Shown: positions 36,935 through 49,541 of the stretch, piece after piece
Layout: each line of letters begins with the position of its first letter
Numbering within the stretch: the first letter of the stretch is position 1
Assembly: GCA_030390025.1 (NCBI GenBank)
Contig: CM059432.1
Span: 42,720,001-42,784,000, forward strand
Reading direction: 5' to 3'
Length of the DNA stretch: 64,000 bases
Source: Squalus acanthias
Lineage: Eukaryota
Made by a program: the position numbers and the translations under genes
Notes under the pieces: generated by a model
The model's input: only the letters and a program-made list of their open reading frames with translations
The model's database searches: none
What the model was told of the DNA's origin: nothing

Positions 36935-38100
36935 ATGTGTGCTGTGAGGAGGATGCCGAGAAACTCCAGTATGATTTGGATAGGTTGGGTGATTGGGCAG
37001 ATGCATGGCAAATGCAGTACAATGTGGATAAATGCGAGGTTATCCACTTTGGTGGCAAAAACAGGAAGGCAGATTATTATCTGAACGGCAATAGATTGGG
37101 AGAAGGGGAAGTGCAACGAGACCTGGGTGTCCTTGTGCACCAGTCGCTGAAGGTAAGCATGCAGGTGCAGCAGGCGGTTAAGAAGGCAAATGGTATGTTG
37201 GCCTTCGTAGCAAGAGGGTTCGAGTACAGGAACAAGGATGTCTTGCTGCAGTTGTACAGGGCCTTGGTGAGACCACATCTTGAGTATTGTGTGCAGTTTT
37301 GGTCGCCATATCTGAGGAAGGATGTTCTTGCCATGAAGGGAGTGCAGCGAAGATTCACCAGACTGATACCTGGGATGGCAGGAATGACGTATGAGGAGAG
37401 ATTGGGTCGATTGGGCTTATACTCGCTGGAGTTTAGAAGAATGAGCGGGGATCTCATTGAAACTTAGAAAATTCTAACAGGACTAGACAGACTAGATGCA
37501 GGAAGGATGTTCCCGATGGCGGGGGAGTCCAGAACCAGGGGTCACAGTCTAAGGATAAGGGGTAAACCATTTAGGACTGAGATGAGGAGGAATTTCTTCA
37601 CCCAAAGAGTGGTGAACCTGTGGAATTCTCTACCACAGAAGGCATTTGAGGCCAACTCATTAAATATATTCAAGAAGGAGTTAGATATATTTCTTAAGGC
37701 TAAAGGGATCAAGGGATATGGGGAGAAGGCAGGGACAGGGTACTGAATTTGGATGATCAGCCATGATCTCATTGAATGGCGGAGCAGGCTCGAGGGGCCG
37801 AATGGCCAACTCCTGCTCCTATCTTCTCTGATTCTATGAAAAGAATCAGAGGAGAGATGGGGAGATTTTTTTTAAGCAGCGAGTAGTTATGATCTGGATT
37901 GCACTGCCTGAAAGGGTGGTGGAAGCAGATTTAATAGTAACTTTCAAAAGGGAATTGAATACATGCTTAAAAAAGAAAGATTTGCAGGGCTATGCAGAAA
38001 GAGCAGGAGAGTGGGACTAATTGGAAAGCTCTTACAAAGAGTCGGCACATGCACAATGGGCTGAATGGCCTCCTTCTGTGCTGTATCATTCTGTGATTCT
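36935..38100 (+). mobile_element. CR1 3' portion (to 37838) followed directly by a second CR1 3' end
   Basis: ORFs 36937..37467 and 37507..37746. Tails ttctctgattctatg and ttctgtgattct. Confidence 0.9.
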
Positions 38101-38779
38101 CCCGTGTGTGTTAAATCTATGCAAATGAGGAAAATATATTCTCCGATGTATATCCCTCTATTTGCATTATTTGAATGGTGGACGCAAGGGCCACGCATTA
38201 GGCTCGGAGGCCGCGCAGGCATATGCTTTGTTCCAACTTTTAAAAGTGCATGGACCTGGCCTCCCACCAATAGGTCAATGCACTGGAATTACTGGTGCAG
38301 CAAGGTTGCAAAACCCCAAATTAATAAATTAAAGAGGTTTGCGCCATGGAACAGTGCAAGCTTTCTCTGCCTTCATCCCAGCCCCATCGGAAACCAGAGC
38401 ACAAATTGGTACAAAACAGACACAAGGCCAAAGATGCCAGTTTTCTGCTCCAGCTGCATCCAGCTCGCACCTGCCCCAGAGAACAAGCATTCATAGATGT
38501 TCTTTCAGTAAGTGTCAATATTCCACATCTGTTTGTGCATGTTAGGTAAAGATATTCCTTTAAAGACATTTAATCAGTATCTGGCCATGTGTCAGCAAAA
38601 GAGGAACTGCTGTTGTATATAAAGTTTTAAACTGCAATATATTCCTTTTCATTCAATTTGGACTATGAACAACCCAAAAACAACTTGAAAGTCTTACTTC
38701 AACAGCCTTATCATTTTCATTCCCAACTAACTCCCTTGTAATACCCTCCTGCAAATTTCATGGAAATATTATTTTACAG

Positions 38780-39570
38780 TGTTGGAAATAATCATTGCCT
38801 GGCACTTGTGTGGCATGAATGTTACTTGACACTCACCAGCCCAAGTCTGAATCTTGTCCAGGTCTTGCTGCATGCAAACATGGACTGCTTCATTATCTGA
38901 GGAATTGCAAATGGAGCTGAACATTGTGTAATCATCTGTGAACAGCCCAACTTCTGACCTTATGATGGAGGCAAGGTCATTGATGAAGCAGCTGAAGATG
39001 GTTGGGCCTAGGATCAATGTTCCACATAATGTTTTTGGGGGGTATGGGGCCCCTTTAAGTGTCTGCACAGCCCATTCACAGTTTCATGCATGCGCGAACT
39101 TTAACATTGCAAAAGCTATTCCCGGGCTGCGCAGGACCGGCAGAGAGTTGCGTGGCTGCACGGATTATAGAGAACGTTGCCTAAGATGCTGCTCTGAGGA
39201 ACTCCTGAGGCTGAGATGATTGGCCTCCAACAACCACAACCATCTTCCTTTGTGCCAGGTATGACTCCAGCCACTGGAGAGTTTCCCCCCAATCCCCATT
39301 GAAAGATGACTCTTTGCATCACTTTGCTGATCATTGTGGTGGAATACAATTCTGCTGCTGCTGATGGCCCACAGTGCCTCATGGACACTTAGTTTTGAGC
39401 TGTTAGATCTGTTAATTTTTTCACTTAGCATGATGGTAATGCCATATGACACGGTGGAGGGTGTCCTCAGGGTGAAGACGGGACTTGGTCTCCAGAAGGA
39501 TTGTGCAGTGGTTATTCCTATCAATATTGTCATGGACAGATGCATCTGTGATAAATTGGTGAGAACGAGG
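38780..39570 (-). mobile_element. LINE family 2 fragments with an internal deletion and a small insert
   Basis: ORF 38769..39068 (GPTIFSCFIND, FTDD). Colinear with parts of 44000-45580. Confidence 0.8.
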
Positions 39571-39837
39571 TAATCTTTCTGATCTCTTTGCATCACATAA
39601 ACTTCTGTGACTCTATATATAGTATATTTCTTTCGTATGCTATGATCTAATAAGTATTAAAAATATGAATATGTTTACATATGTTAGATGATAGTGCCAC
39701 ATGATTATTAATGAAGGATCCAGAAGTGGAAAATACTTTGCCAAGGGATATATAATCTCATCATTATCATATTGGAAAGTTGTGTCAATGGTACATCATT
39801 TGATATCAGAAAGGATCGAGCCTTTATAGAACTATTA

Positions 39838-39988
39838 GGGGAATATCCGTGGGGTTTCTCCTGCTTGTCCACCATAACTTCGATGGAAGAGCCATGGAAA
39901 CTCCGGAAAAATAGCTTAACTGAGCTTTCAGTTCTTTCACCGAAGTTATAGCAGACGAGTGAGAGAACCCCCATGGAAGTTCACCCCC
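39838..39988. mobile_element. Short palindromic MITE (about 150 bp)
   Basis: GGGGGAATATCCGTGGGGTTTCTC...GAGAACCCCCATGGAAGTTCACCCC, with inner inverted blocks ataacttcg / cgaagttat. Confidence 0.6.
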
Positions 39989-40696
39989 GATTAATTTAAT
40001 CACATATATTGACGGGGAAAGGGCGGGGGAGTGGGAATAGCTGAAGTGCTCTTGCAGAGAGCCGGCACGGGCTCGATGGGCCGAATGGCCTCCTTCTGTG
40101 CTGTAACCATTCTATGATCAGTTATCTGACAACAAAACAGAGGTGAGATAATTGGCTTCAAAATTCAATTGGTGTATGTTTAAAAAAAAAATTAAACTAA
40201 CATCATGAAGGTTGTCTCTCTCTCTCTCTCTCGGGTATATCTTGACTTTGTGTGATAATATAAAATGGGTGACAGCGAGTCAGCAGCCCGTTTTATATCT
40301 CTCCCGATTTTAATTTCCATTGCAGTCAAGAACTACCACTCTCTTTCTCTCTCTTTTCCCCTGAGCTTAATGCACATTTTAAAGTTCATAGAGCACAAAA
40401 ACAAAAGCTATAACAGATGTATAATCAGAATACTAATTTATTCTCACGCATATACAAACACTAGATGCACACCAGGGATTTGAGCACAAAATCTAGGCTG
40501 ACACTCTAGTGCAGTACTGAGGAAGTGCTGCACTGTCGGAAGTGCCATCTTTTGGATGAGACGTTAAACCGAGGTCCCATCTGCCCTGTTGGGTGGACTT
40601 AAAAGATTCCATGGCACTATTTCTGACAAGAGCAGGTGAGTTCTCCCTGGTGTCCTTGCCAATATTTATCCTTAACCAACATCACTAAAACATAAA

Positions 40697-40806
40697 TAAA
40701 AACAGAAAATGCTGGAAATACTCAGCAGGTCAGGCAGCATCTGTAGAGAGAGAAACAAGAGTTAATGCTTCAGGTCGATGACCCTTCTCGATGACCCTTC
40801 ATCAGA
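40697..40806 (-). mobile_element. Penelope-like terminal repeat fragment with a degenerate hammerhead ribozyme core
   Basis: aaaaacagaaaatgctggaaatactcagcaggtcaggcagcatctgt is a repeat end I recognise from shark genomes. The minus strand reads CTGATGA-AGGGTCATCGA...CCT-GAAG. Confidence 0.6.
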
Positions 40807-40884
40807 CCCGGCACTTGTTCGGCCCCATGGGTGCGTATGCACCTCGTACGCAGCCGTAGGGGTCGCAAAATTCGGCCGATTGAC

Positions 40885-41087
40885 CCAGATTTTGCGGTCA
40901 GCGGTGAACAAACGGCACTAGCTGGTATAGCGAAGCTTCGGGAGGAGCAGGGCAACTGGAACAGCAACTTCCTGATTTCCACGTTTCACCGCGCATGTGT
41001 GGTCGCCAGAAGTTGCTATCCAATTTACACTTTAATAACGGTGATCGCTGAAAGCCTCATCATTATTTATCCTGCAAAATCCAGGCC
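40885..41087. mobile_element. Harbinger-type MITE family C (about 200 bp)
   Basis: GACCCAGATTTTGC...GCAAAATCCAGGCC. The left end tttgcggtcagcggtgaa is shared with the element at 42339. Confidence 0.7.
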
Positions 41088-42338
41088 ATTATCTGGTCAT
41101 AATCTCATTGCTGTTTGTGGGACCTTGCTGTGAGCATTTTTGGCTGTCGCATTTCCTACATTACAACAGTGACTACACTTCAAAAGTTCTTCATTGGCTA
41201 TAAAGCGCTTTGGGATGTTCCGAGGTTGTGAACAAAGCTATATAAATGCAAATCTTTCTTTTTATCATTACTACAGAAGTAATAGGTACTGCAGGTAATT
41301 ATAATGGGTTTTCAGTGAAACGTATGCACTACTTACTGAATTTAATGTCTGGAAAATCTAGTCCTATAAAGTAATATGGTTACCATTTTTAGCTTTGATG
41401 TTTATATATCATTTAAGCTTTCTGTGGATGTAGTATTTTGACTTTTAAAGAAATTCATAATGAATCAGAGGCTTCTCAACTGAGGAAAGAGCCAGCATGT
41501 GAGGAGATACCTATTGGAGATCATGTAAGCAAACATTACAGTTACGGTATATCTGTTTGTGTTCATAAATGGTTTAGAAATCATGCACTAATGGTACTTC
41601 ATATGCATGACCAGAAAACATAAAATCTGAGGTAAATAGGTGGCTCCAAATATATAGTATGCACTCTATGAGGACTACTTTTCTTCTCTCCCATCTGGAA
41701 TAGCACTTGACATATATAAAATAATTGCCATAGGTCTGAATGTGCCACAAATTATAATTGTTACTCAAGTTCTTGGTGTAGGTGAAATCATGCTAACCCT
41801 GAGACACTGGTTTCACCTATGTTAAGGAGCATGAGTATGAACCAACATGATAATATGATGAAAGTAAAAACAATCAAGCGATGAAAGGTAGTTGCATTAT
41901 TAGAATAAAGAAAAACAATTAAAAGGAAGTAACTATAAGAAGAGTGTGTTAAGGGAGAGTATATTTTGCATTGACAAATAAGCTAATCTACAAAACCAGA
42001 TGACCTATTGCTAAAATGACCTTGGCAAGCTGTCGTTACGAGGAGAGTACTGCATCTTCCTCAGTAACTTTAAGGTCAGGAGGACACAGTGCTGAGATAT
42101 GCCACACGCCAGAGGCCAATGGAGTAATTAAGGGAGCAAGACACTGTAGTCTGCTCTGACTAGAATTAACTGTTCTGCCCTCATTTGAGGCCCTATGTTT
42201 ACTTTGGCCCAGAGCAATGTTTATTTCTGCATGGAATCATAACTATTTCTCTGTGGGAATCATGAGAAAGTGCAGCAGTTGAGAAGGCAATGTTTTTTAA
42301 CCTGGTTTTATGTTGGAAAAATAAAGCCCCCACTTTAT

Positions 42339-43292
42339 GGCCCGGAATTTGCGGTCAGCGGTGAAGCGACGGCGCTCATCGCTGACCTCGAAGAAAGCTG
42401 CCCACAAAGATTTAGAGATCTCTGTGGCATCAATTTCAACTCTCCAGACCTTAGTTTGAATTTGGGGCCAAATCAAGCAAATCACCAGCGTCCAGTAACA
42501 CTATGTCATCAAGCTGGGGAAGCAGCCAACCACATTGAAGATTTCTCACAGACAGCAAACCAGGAAGTAAAATGCACAGATTATAATTTGCTTTTAATCA
42601 ATTTTACAGAGCGTGAAATAAAGGCCTGAATTTTCCAGGATGTCAGCAAACTGGATCGGTGGTGGGTCGGGTGAGAAAGTGTTTTTTTTTTGACAGCGGG
42701 TCGGGAACCCGCAGTCATCCCGCCGCACCTTTTCAATGTCGGAGCTGTCAGCATTGAGCAGACCCGACGGGCAGCGGCAGGTGACCCAATTAAACTCATT
42801 ATAATGTACTTAACTGACCCTTAACAGGCTTTTTTTTAAGTTACTTTTTAACTTTAACTTCATGGCCACAGGAACCATGCTGTTCGGGGACCACGTCTGT
42901 CAACCTGAGGCAGGAGTTCAGTGGCCATTGCTCCAGCTGATTACTTGACAGTAAAAGCTCCCACCTGACAGATCAACATTTTCCTCAGCCACAAGCTATA
43001 TCTCAGTCCATTTCCAGCACAGATTCTGCAGCCTTTCCACTTTCCACTCTCCATCCACTCTCACCTCATTGGAAGAACTCTCTCACCATTGACAGAGTGC
43101 TTCTACTTCACCTGCTATCTATTCCATCAACATAGGTGCCCTTTATGCTGTCTCAACTTGGTCCTCAGAATCCAACCACGATCAGGCCCAACACCAGCAG
43201 CACCAGGCACACCAGCAGCACCAACAAAAACACTAACCTTCTCCGCAATCACCTGATGCTGCACAGGACAGAGGGCATCAGCACCCGAGCAC
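42339..43292. mobile_element. MITE family C left part (42339-42622), then the left arm of a family-B-related Harbinger derivative (42623-43292)
   Basis: Starts GGCCCGGAATTTGC and GGCCTGAATTTTCC. Blocks tgacagcgggtc.g.aacccgc and cacctcattgg...ctctcacca.tgacaga are shared with 8982-9857. Confidence 0.65.
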
Positions 43293-43309
43293 ATTTAAAA
43301 AGAAAAATT

Positions 43310-46180
43310 GTTTATGCGATGTGGCAAGGCCAGCATTTATTGCCCATCCCTTATTGCCCTTGAGAAGGTGGTGGTGAGCCACCTTCTTCAACCGCTGCAG
43401 TCTGTGTGGTGAAGGTAGGTAGGGAGTTCCACGATTTTGACCTAGAGACAATGAAGGATCGGCGATATATTTCTTAGTCAGGATGGTGTGTGACTTGGAG
43501 GGGAAATTGGAGGTGGTGGTGTTCCCATGCGCCTGCTACCCTTGTCCTTCTAGGTGGAAGAGGTCGCGGGTTTGGGAGGTGCTGCCGAAGAAGCCTTGGC
43601 GAGTTGCTGCAGTGCATCTTCTAGATGGTACACACTGCAGCCATGGTACGCCGGTGGTGAAGGGAGCAAATGTTTAAGGTGGTGGATGGGGTGCCAATCA
43701 AGTGGGCTGCTTTGTCCTGGATGGTGTCGAGCTTCTTGAGTGTTGTTGGAGCTGCACTCATCCGGGCAAGTGGAGAGTATTCCATCACCCTCCTTACTTG
43801 TGCCTTGTAGATGGTAGAAAGTTGAAGTCAGGAGCTGAGACATTCGCCGCAGAATACCCAGCCTCTGACCTGCTCTTGTTGCCACTGTATTTATGTGGCT
43901 GGTCCAGTTAAGTTTCTGCTCAATGGTGACCCCCAGGATGTTGATGGTGGGGGATTCGGCGATGGTAATGCCATTGAATGTCAAGGGGCGGTGGTTAAAC
44001 TCTCACTTGTTGGGGATAGTCATTGCCTGGCACTACTGTGGCGCGAATGTTACCTGCCACTTATCAGCCCAAGCCTGAACGTCGTCCAGGTCTTGTTGCA
44101 TGCGGGCATGGACTGCTTCATTATCTGAGGAGTTGTGAATGGCACTGAACACTGTGCAGTCATCAGCGAACATCCCCATTTCTGACCTTATGTTGGAGGG
44201 AAGGTCATTGATGAAGCAGCTGAAGATGGTTGGGCCTAGGACACTGCCCTGAGAAACTCCTGCAGCGATGTCCTGGGGCTATGATGATTCACCTTCAACC
44301 ACCACAACCATCGTCATTTGTGCTAGGTATGAGTCCAGCCCGTGGAGAGTTTCCCCCCCCCCCGATTCCCATTGATTTCAGTTTTACTATTGCTCCTTGA
44401 TGCCACACTAGGTCAAATGCGGCCTTGATGTCAAGGGCAGTCACTCTCACCTCACCTCTGGAAATCAGCTCCTTTGTCCATGTTTGGACCAAGGCTTTAA
44501 TGAGGTCGGGAACCGAGTGGTCTTGGCGGAACCCAAACTGGGCGTGAGTGTGCAGGTTATTGGTAAGTAAGTGCCGCTTGATAGCACTGTCCATGACACC
44601 TTCCATCACTTTGCTGATGATTGAGAGTAGACTGATGTGGCGGTAATTGGCTGGATTGGATTTGTCCTGCCTTTTGTGGACAGGACATACCTGGGCAGTT
44701 TTCCATATTGTCGGATAGATGCCAGTGTTGTAGCTGTATTGGTACAGCTTGGCTAGAGGCGTGGCTAGTTCTGGAGCACAAGTCATCAGCACGATTGCCG
44801 GGATGTTGTTGGGGCCCACAGCCTTTTCTGTATCCAGTGCGCTCAGCCATTTCTTGATATCACGTGGAGTGAATCGAATTGGCTGAAGACTGGCTTCTGT
44901 GATGGTGGAGACCTCAGGAGTAGGCCGATATGGATCATCCACTTGGTACTTCTGGCTGAAGATGGTTACAAACGCTTCAGCCTTGTCTTTTGCACTCACG
45001 TGCTGGGCTCCACCATCATTGAGGATGGGGATATTCATGGAGCCTCCTCCTTCTGTTAGTTATTTAATGGTCCACCACCATTCACGACTGGATGTGGCAG
45101 GACTGCAGAGCTTTGAACTGATCCACTTAGCCCTGTCTATAGCATGCTGCTTCCGCTTTTTAGCATGCATGTAGTTCTGTGTTGCAACTTCCCCAGGTTG
45201 GCACCTCATTTTTAGGTACGCCTGGTGCTGCTCTTGACATGCTATTCTACACTCCTTATTGAACCAGGGTTGGTCCCCTGGCTTGATGGTAATGGTAGAG
45301 TGAGGGATATGCCGGGCCATGAGGTTACAGATTGTGGTGGAATACAATTCTGCTGCTGATGGCCCACAGCGCCTCATGGATGCCCAGTTTTGAGCTGTTA
45401 GATCTGTTCTGAATCTATCCCATTTAGCACAGTGGTAGTGCCACACAACACGATGGAGGGTGTCCTCAGTGTGAAGACAGGACTTCATCTCCACAATAAC
45501 TGTGCGGTGGTCACTGCTACCAATACTGTCATGGACAGATGCATCTGCGACAGATAGATTGGTGAGGATGAGGTCAAGTAGGTTTTTCCCTTGTGTTGGT
45601 TCTCTCACCAATTGTCGCAGGCCCAGACTGGCAGCTATGTCCTTCAGGACTCAGCCAGCTCGGTCAGTATTGGTGCTACCGAGCCACTCTTGGTGATGGA
45701 CATTGTACATTCTGTGCCCTTGCTACTCTCAGTGCTTCTTCCAAGTGGTGTTCAACATGGAGGAGTACTGATTCATCAGCCGAGGGAGGGCGGTAGGTGG
45801 TAATCAGCAGGAAGTTTCCTTGCCCATGCTTGACCTGAAGCCATGAGACTTCATGGGGTCCAGAGTCAATGTTGAGGACTCCCAGGGCCACTCCTTCCCA
45901 ACTGTATACCACTGTGCCACCACCCCTGGTGGGTCTGTCCTGCTGGTGGGACAGGTCATACCCAGGGATGGTGATGGAGGAGTTTGGGACATTGGCTGAA
46001 AGGTATGATTCTATGAGTTTGACTATATCAGGCTTGTTGCTTGACTAGTCTGTGGGACAGCTCTCCCAATGTTGTCACAAGTCCCCAGATGTTGCTGAGG
46101 AGGACTTTGCAGCGTCGACTGGGCTGGGTATGCAGTTGCCATGTCCGTAGCCGGTGCTGAGGTCGATGCCAGGTGGCGGA
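43310..46180 (-). mobile_element. LINE family 2, near-complete but frameshifted ORF2 (endonuclease plus RT) and 3' UTR
   Basis: Colinear ORFs: end of 46028..46519 (SNIWGL), 45676..45912 (TYRPPS), 45060..45611 (LDLILTN, SDH), 44295..45038 (QFGFR, LDIKAAFD) and 43550..43984. Confidence 0.9.
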
Positions 46181-47868
46181 GTGGGGCCTATTACAGGCAA
46201 AGAAGGTGATATATGCATAGAGGCGCAGGGCAAGGCTAGAATACTCAATGAGTACTTTGGGCTGGATTTTGTCAATGGTGTGCGTTGGGGGCGGGACTGC
46301 TGGTTTTCGGGTTTTAACTGTTAACAGGCAGTTAAATGGCTGTAATGCCCTTCTCGCCTCGAGGAGACGGGTTCCTGCGCAACTCGGGGACCCTCCTCCT
46401 GGGAAGATGGCACGGAGGCGGGTTGGGAACGGGTTCGGTACCCACTCCCAGTTTCTGCCATTTTCCCAGCAGTCCTGCCTCCATACCCGGCTCCCCAGGG
46501 CTGGCAAAACTCCCCCCAAGTTTTAGAAACAATAATCAAGGAAAAAATTAATGGGCACTTGGAGAGGTTTAAGCTAATTAAGGAGAGCCAACACAGATTT
46601 GTAAAAGGCAGATCGTGTTTGACTAATCTAATTGACTTTTTTGATGAAGTAACAGGGAGGATTGATGAAGGGAATGCAATGGATGTTGTCCACATGGATT
46701 TTCAGAAGGCGTTTGACAAAGTACCACATAGAAGGCTGGTTAACAAAATTGAGGCTCATGGAATAGGTGGGTCAGTGATAGCTTGGATAAGGAATTGGCT
46801 TAAGGACAGAAAACAACGAGTTGTGGTAAATGGCTGTTTTTCAGACTGGAGGATGGTAGACAGTGATGTTCCCCAAGTGTCAGTGCTGGGGCCACTGCTT
46901 TTTTTGAAATATATAAATGACCTGGATATTGGAATACAGAGTAGAATTTCTAAATTTGCCGATGACACCAAACTTGGGGGTGTAGCAAACAGTGATGATG
47001 ATAACAATCGACTGCAACAGGACATAGAAAGGCTAGCAGAATGGGCAGACACGTGGCAGATGGGATTTAATACAGAGAAGTGTGAGGTGATGCATTTTGG
47101 CAGAAGGAACAGGGAGAGGCAATGTACATTTAATGGCACAGTTTTAAAGAGTGTGCAGGGACAGAGGGACCTGGGAGTTAATGTGCATATGTCCCTGAAG
47201 GTGGCAGAACATATTGAGAGAGTAGTTAGCAAAGCATATGGGATCTTGGGCTTCATAAATAGAAGTATTGAGTACAAAAGTAAAGAAGTTATGCTGAACC
47301 TTTATAAAGCGCTGGTTAGGCCACAACTGGAGTATTGCGTTCAGTTCTGGTCACCACACTTTAGGAAGAAGGTGAAGGCTCTTGAGAGGGTGCAGAGGAG
47401 ATTTACCGGAATGGTTCTGGGGATTGGGGATCTTAGCTACAAGGACAGGTTGGAGAAGCTGGATTTGTTTTCATTAGAGCAAAGGAGGTTGAAGGGTGAT
47501 TTGATAGAGGTGTACAAGATTATGAGGGGCATGGATAGGCTAGACTGGGAAAGGCTGTTCTCACTAGTTGATGGTACAAGGACTAGGGGACACAGATTTA
47601 AGGTTTTGGGCAAGAGATACAGGGGGGATGTGAGGAAAAACTTTTTTACGCAGCGAGTGGTGAGGACTTGGAATTCGCTGCCGACAGAAGTGGTGGAAGC
47701 AGAGACACTCAATGTTTTCAAGGGGGAGACTGGATAGGCACTTGAGGGAAATAAACTTGCAGGGCTACGGGGATAGAGCGGGGGAATGGGACTGACTGGA
47801 TTGCTCGACAGAGAACCGGCATGGACACGATGGGCCGAATGGCCTCCTTCTGTGCCGTATGACTCTAT
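46181..47868 (+). mobile_element. 5'-truncated CR1 with an open RT/C-terminal frame (46559..47737, 392 aa)
   Basis: DFQKAFD, VPQVSVLGP and FADD motifs. The tail tatgactctat is interrupted by the Harbinger element. Confidence 0.92.
46259..46517. mobile_element. Short MITE family B derivative with mismatched ends
   Basis: Left end GGGCTGGATTTTG, right end GGCAAAACTCCCCCC, internal GTTAACAGGCAGTTAA. No TSD. Confidence 0.8.
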
Positions 47869-48380
47869 GGGGTAAAAATTCAGTTGGTTGCGCCTCCCGT
47901 TAGCGCCTTAAGAGGGCGCTAATGGGGCGTTAAGCCGCTAACGCCCGGGCGCAGCGCTGTTTGCGCCGCTCGAGAACTTAACTTGAGATTGTGCGGCGGC
48001 GCTAAAACTTACCGCTGCGACCACCTGCGCGCGCAGATTGTGACGTCATTCCATGGTGCAACGCCCTTGGGGCGCCCCGGAGCGGAAGTTGAGTGGCGCC
48101 CCCTGCCTTACCGCCTGGCGCTTCCAACGACCAGAAGACTGGAACGTTATCAATCGCTGTGGGGCTGGGGGGGGCGCTATTTAAAGGGGGCCTCTTCCTG
48201 TCTTTTTCTGTGGTCGACATTTATGCACCACTTGTTCTGAGAGAGAGAGAGAGATTTGGAGAGAGAGAGAGAGAGACTTCTACATTGACTCAACGCTTTG
48301 TGAGGTAGTTTGGCCTAGTTCATCCTAACTTTGTTGCTACTTTAGTTGCTGTACCTCATTACTTTTCTGGCAAAGAGAAT

Positions 48381-49541
48381 ATGGGGGCTGCAATGATTGG
48401 GGGCGTCGTCCTGCTCCAGCTGAATCGGAGGATAGTGAGACGCAGACAGAGAGTGGCAATGATGGCCAGACGGAGGAGGGCCATCAGGCGCATGTACAGG
48501 AGAGCTTACCCTCCCAGGGTATATCGTGAACAGCTCTCCTACATCCATATGTCCGAGGAGCTGTGTTTGCGAAGGCTGCGATTCAGCAAGGAGGTGGTCA
48601 CTGAGCTCTGCCACCTGCTGCAGCCAGATCTGCAGCCTCAGCTGAGGTCCAGGACGTCTCTGTCGGTGGCAGTGAAGGTCACAGTGGCTTTGAACTTCTA
48701 CGCCACTGGCTCATTCCAAGCTGCTGTTGGGGACCTCGCCAATATCTCCCAGTTTGCGGTGCATCGCTGCATCCGGCAGGTCACCAATGCCCTCTTCAGA
48801 AGGAGACGAGACTTCATCTCTTTCCCTATGACCCCAGACAAGCAGCATGACCGTGCTATGGGCTTTGCGAGGGTAGCGGGCTTCCCCATGGTGCAGGGCG
48901 CCATTGACTGCACGCATGTGGCTTTGCGTGCTCCGCGAGAGAATGCAGAGGAGTTCCGGAACAGAAAGGGGTTCCATTCCTTGAATGTGCAGTTGGTCTG
49001 TGACCACAGACAGGTGATTCTCGCTGTCAATGCCCACTATCCGGGCAGCTGCCACGATGCTTTCATCCTGCGCCAGACTACTGTGGCAGAACTTTTCGAG
49101 GCACCGCATCAGCCAGTTGGTTGGCTTCTGGGGGACAAGGGGTACGCATTGAGCACCTGGCTGATGACACCGCTCCGTGCGCCAAACACCCCTGCTGAGC
49201 TGCGGTACCAGGAAAGCCATCAAGCAACCAGGAACATTATTGAGCGCACAATCGGCGTGCTGAAACAACGGTTCCGCTGTCTGGACCATTCCGGAGGAGC
49301 CCTGCAGTACTCGCCTGAGCAAGTTTCGAAGTTCGTAGTCGTGTGCTGCATGTTGCACAACATGGCAATCCTCAGGACCCAGCCAATGCCACCAGGCCTT
49401 GTAGCACCACCAGAGGAGGAGGAGGAAGAGGAGGAACAGGACGAGGACGATGATCATCAGCAGCACCAAGGCAGGAGGGCGGCCCACAATGGTCAAACTG
49501 CAAGGGCCGTCCGTCAACGACTAATAGCAAGCCGCTTCTAG
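48381..49541 (+). CDS. Harbinger (HARBI1-like) DDE transposase, 386 aa, uninterrupted
   Basis: Helix-turn-helix region (VALNFYATGSFQ...ISQFAV), catalytic motifs GAIDCTH, GDKGY and IERTIG, plus NRKGFHSLNVQ, PGSCHDA and LHN. Confidence 0.96.
   Translation: MGAAMIGGVVLLQLNRRIVRRRQRVAMMARRRRAIRRMYRRAYPPRVYREQLSYIHMSEELCLRRLRFSKEVVTELCHLLQPDLQPQLRSRTSLSVAVKVTVALNFYATGSFQAAVGDLANISQFAVHRCIRQVTNALFRRRRDFISFPMTPDKQHDRAMGFARVAGFPMVQGAIDCTHVALRAPRENAEEFRNRKGFHSLNVQLVCDHRQVILAVNAHYPGSCHDAFILRQTTVAELFEAPHQPVGWLLGDKGYALSTWLMTPLRAPNTPAELRYQESHQATRNIIERTIGVLKQRFRCLDHSGGALQYSPEQVSKFVVVCCMLHNMAILRTQPMPPGLVAPPEEEEEEEEQDEDDDHQQHQGRRAAHNGQTARAVRQRLIASRF

Larger units (their letters stand above)
40475..41260 (+). 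mobile_element. Deu-domain SINE interrupted at about 40693-41087 by a Penelope fragment and two MITE pieces
   Basis: Deu core gcagtactgaggaagtgctgcactgtcgga...gagacgttaaaccgagg. The SINE resumes at attatctggtcat (41088). Confidence 0.85.

Noticed and set aside
48711..49517. 268-aa antisense ORF and other overlapping ORFs inside the Harbinger element
   Set aside because: Shadow frames of GC-rich coding DNA with no recognisable motifs.
48381..49541. Domesticated host gene HARBI1, or NAIF1/MSANTD for the Myb ORF
   Set aside because: Both ORFs lie between TIRs with a TSD, inserted in a CR1 tail. This is a mobile element and not the fixed host gene.
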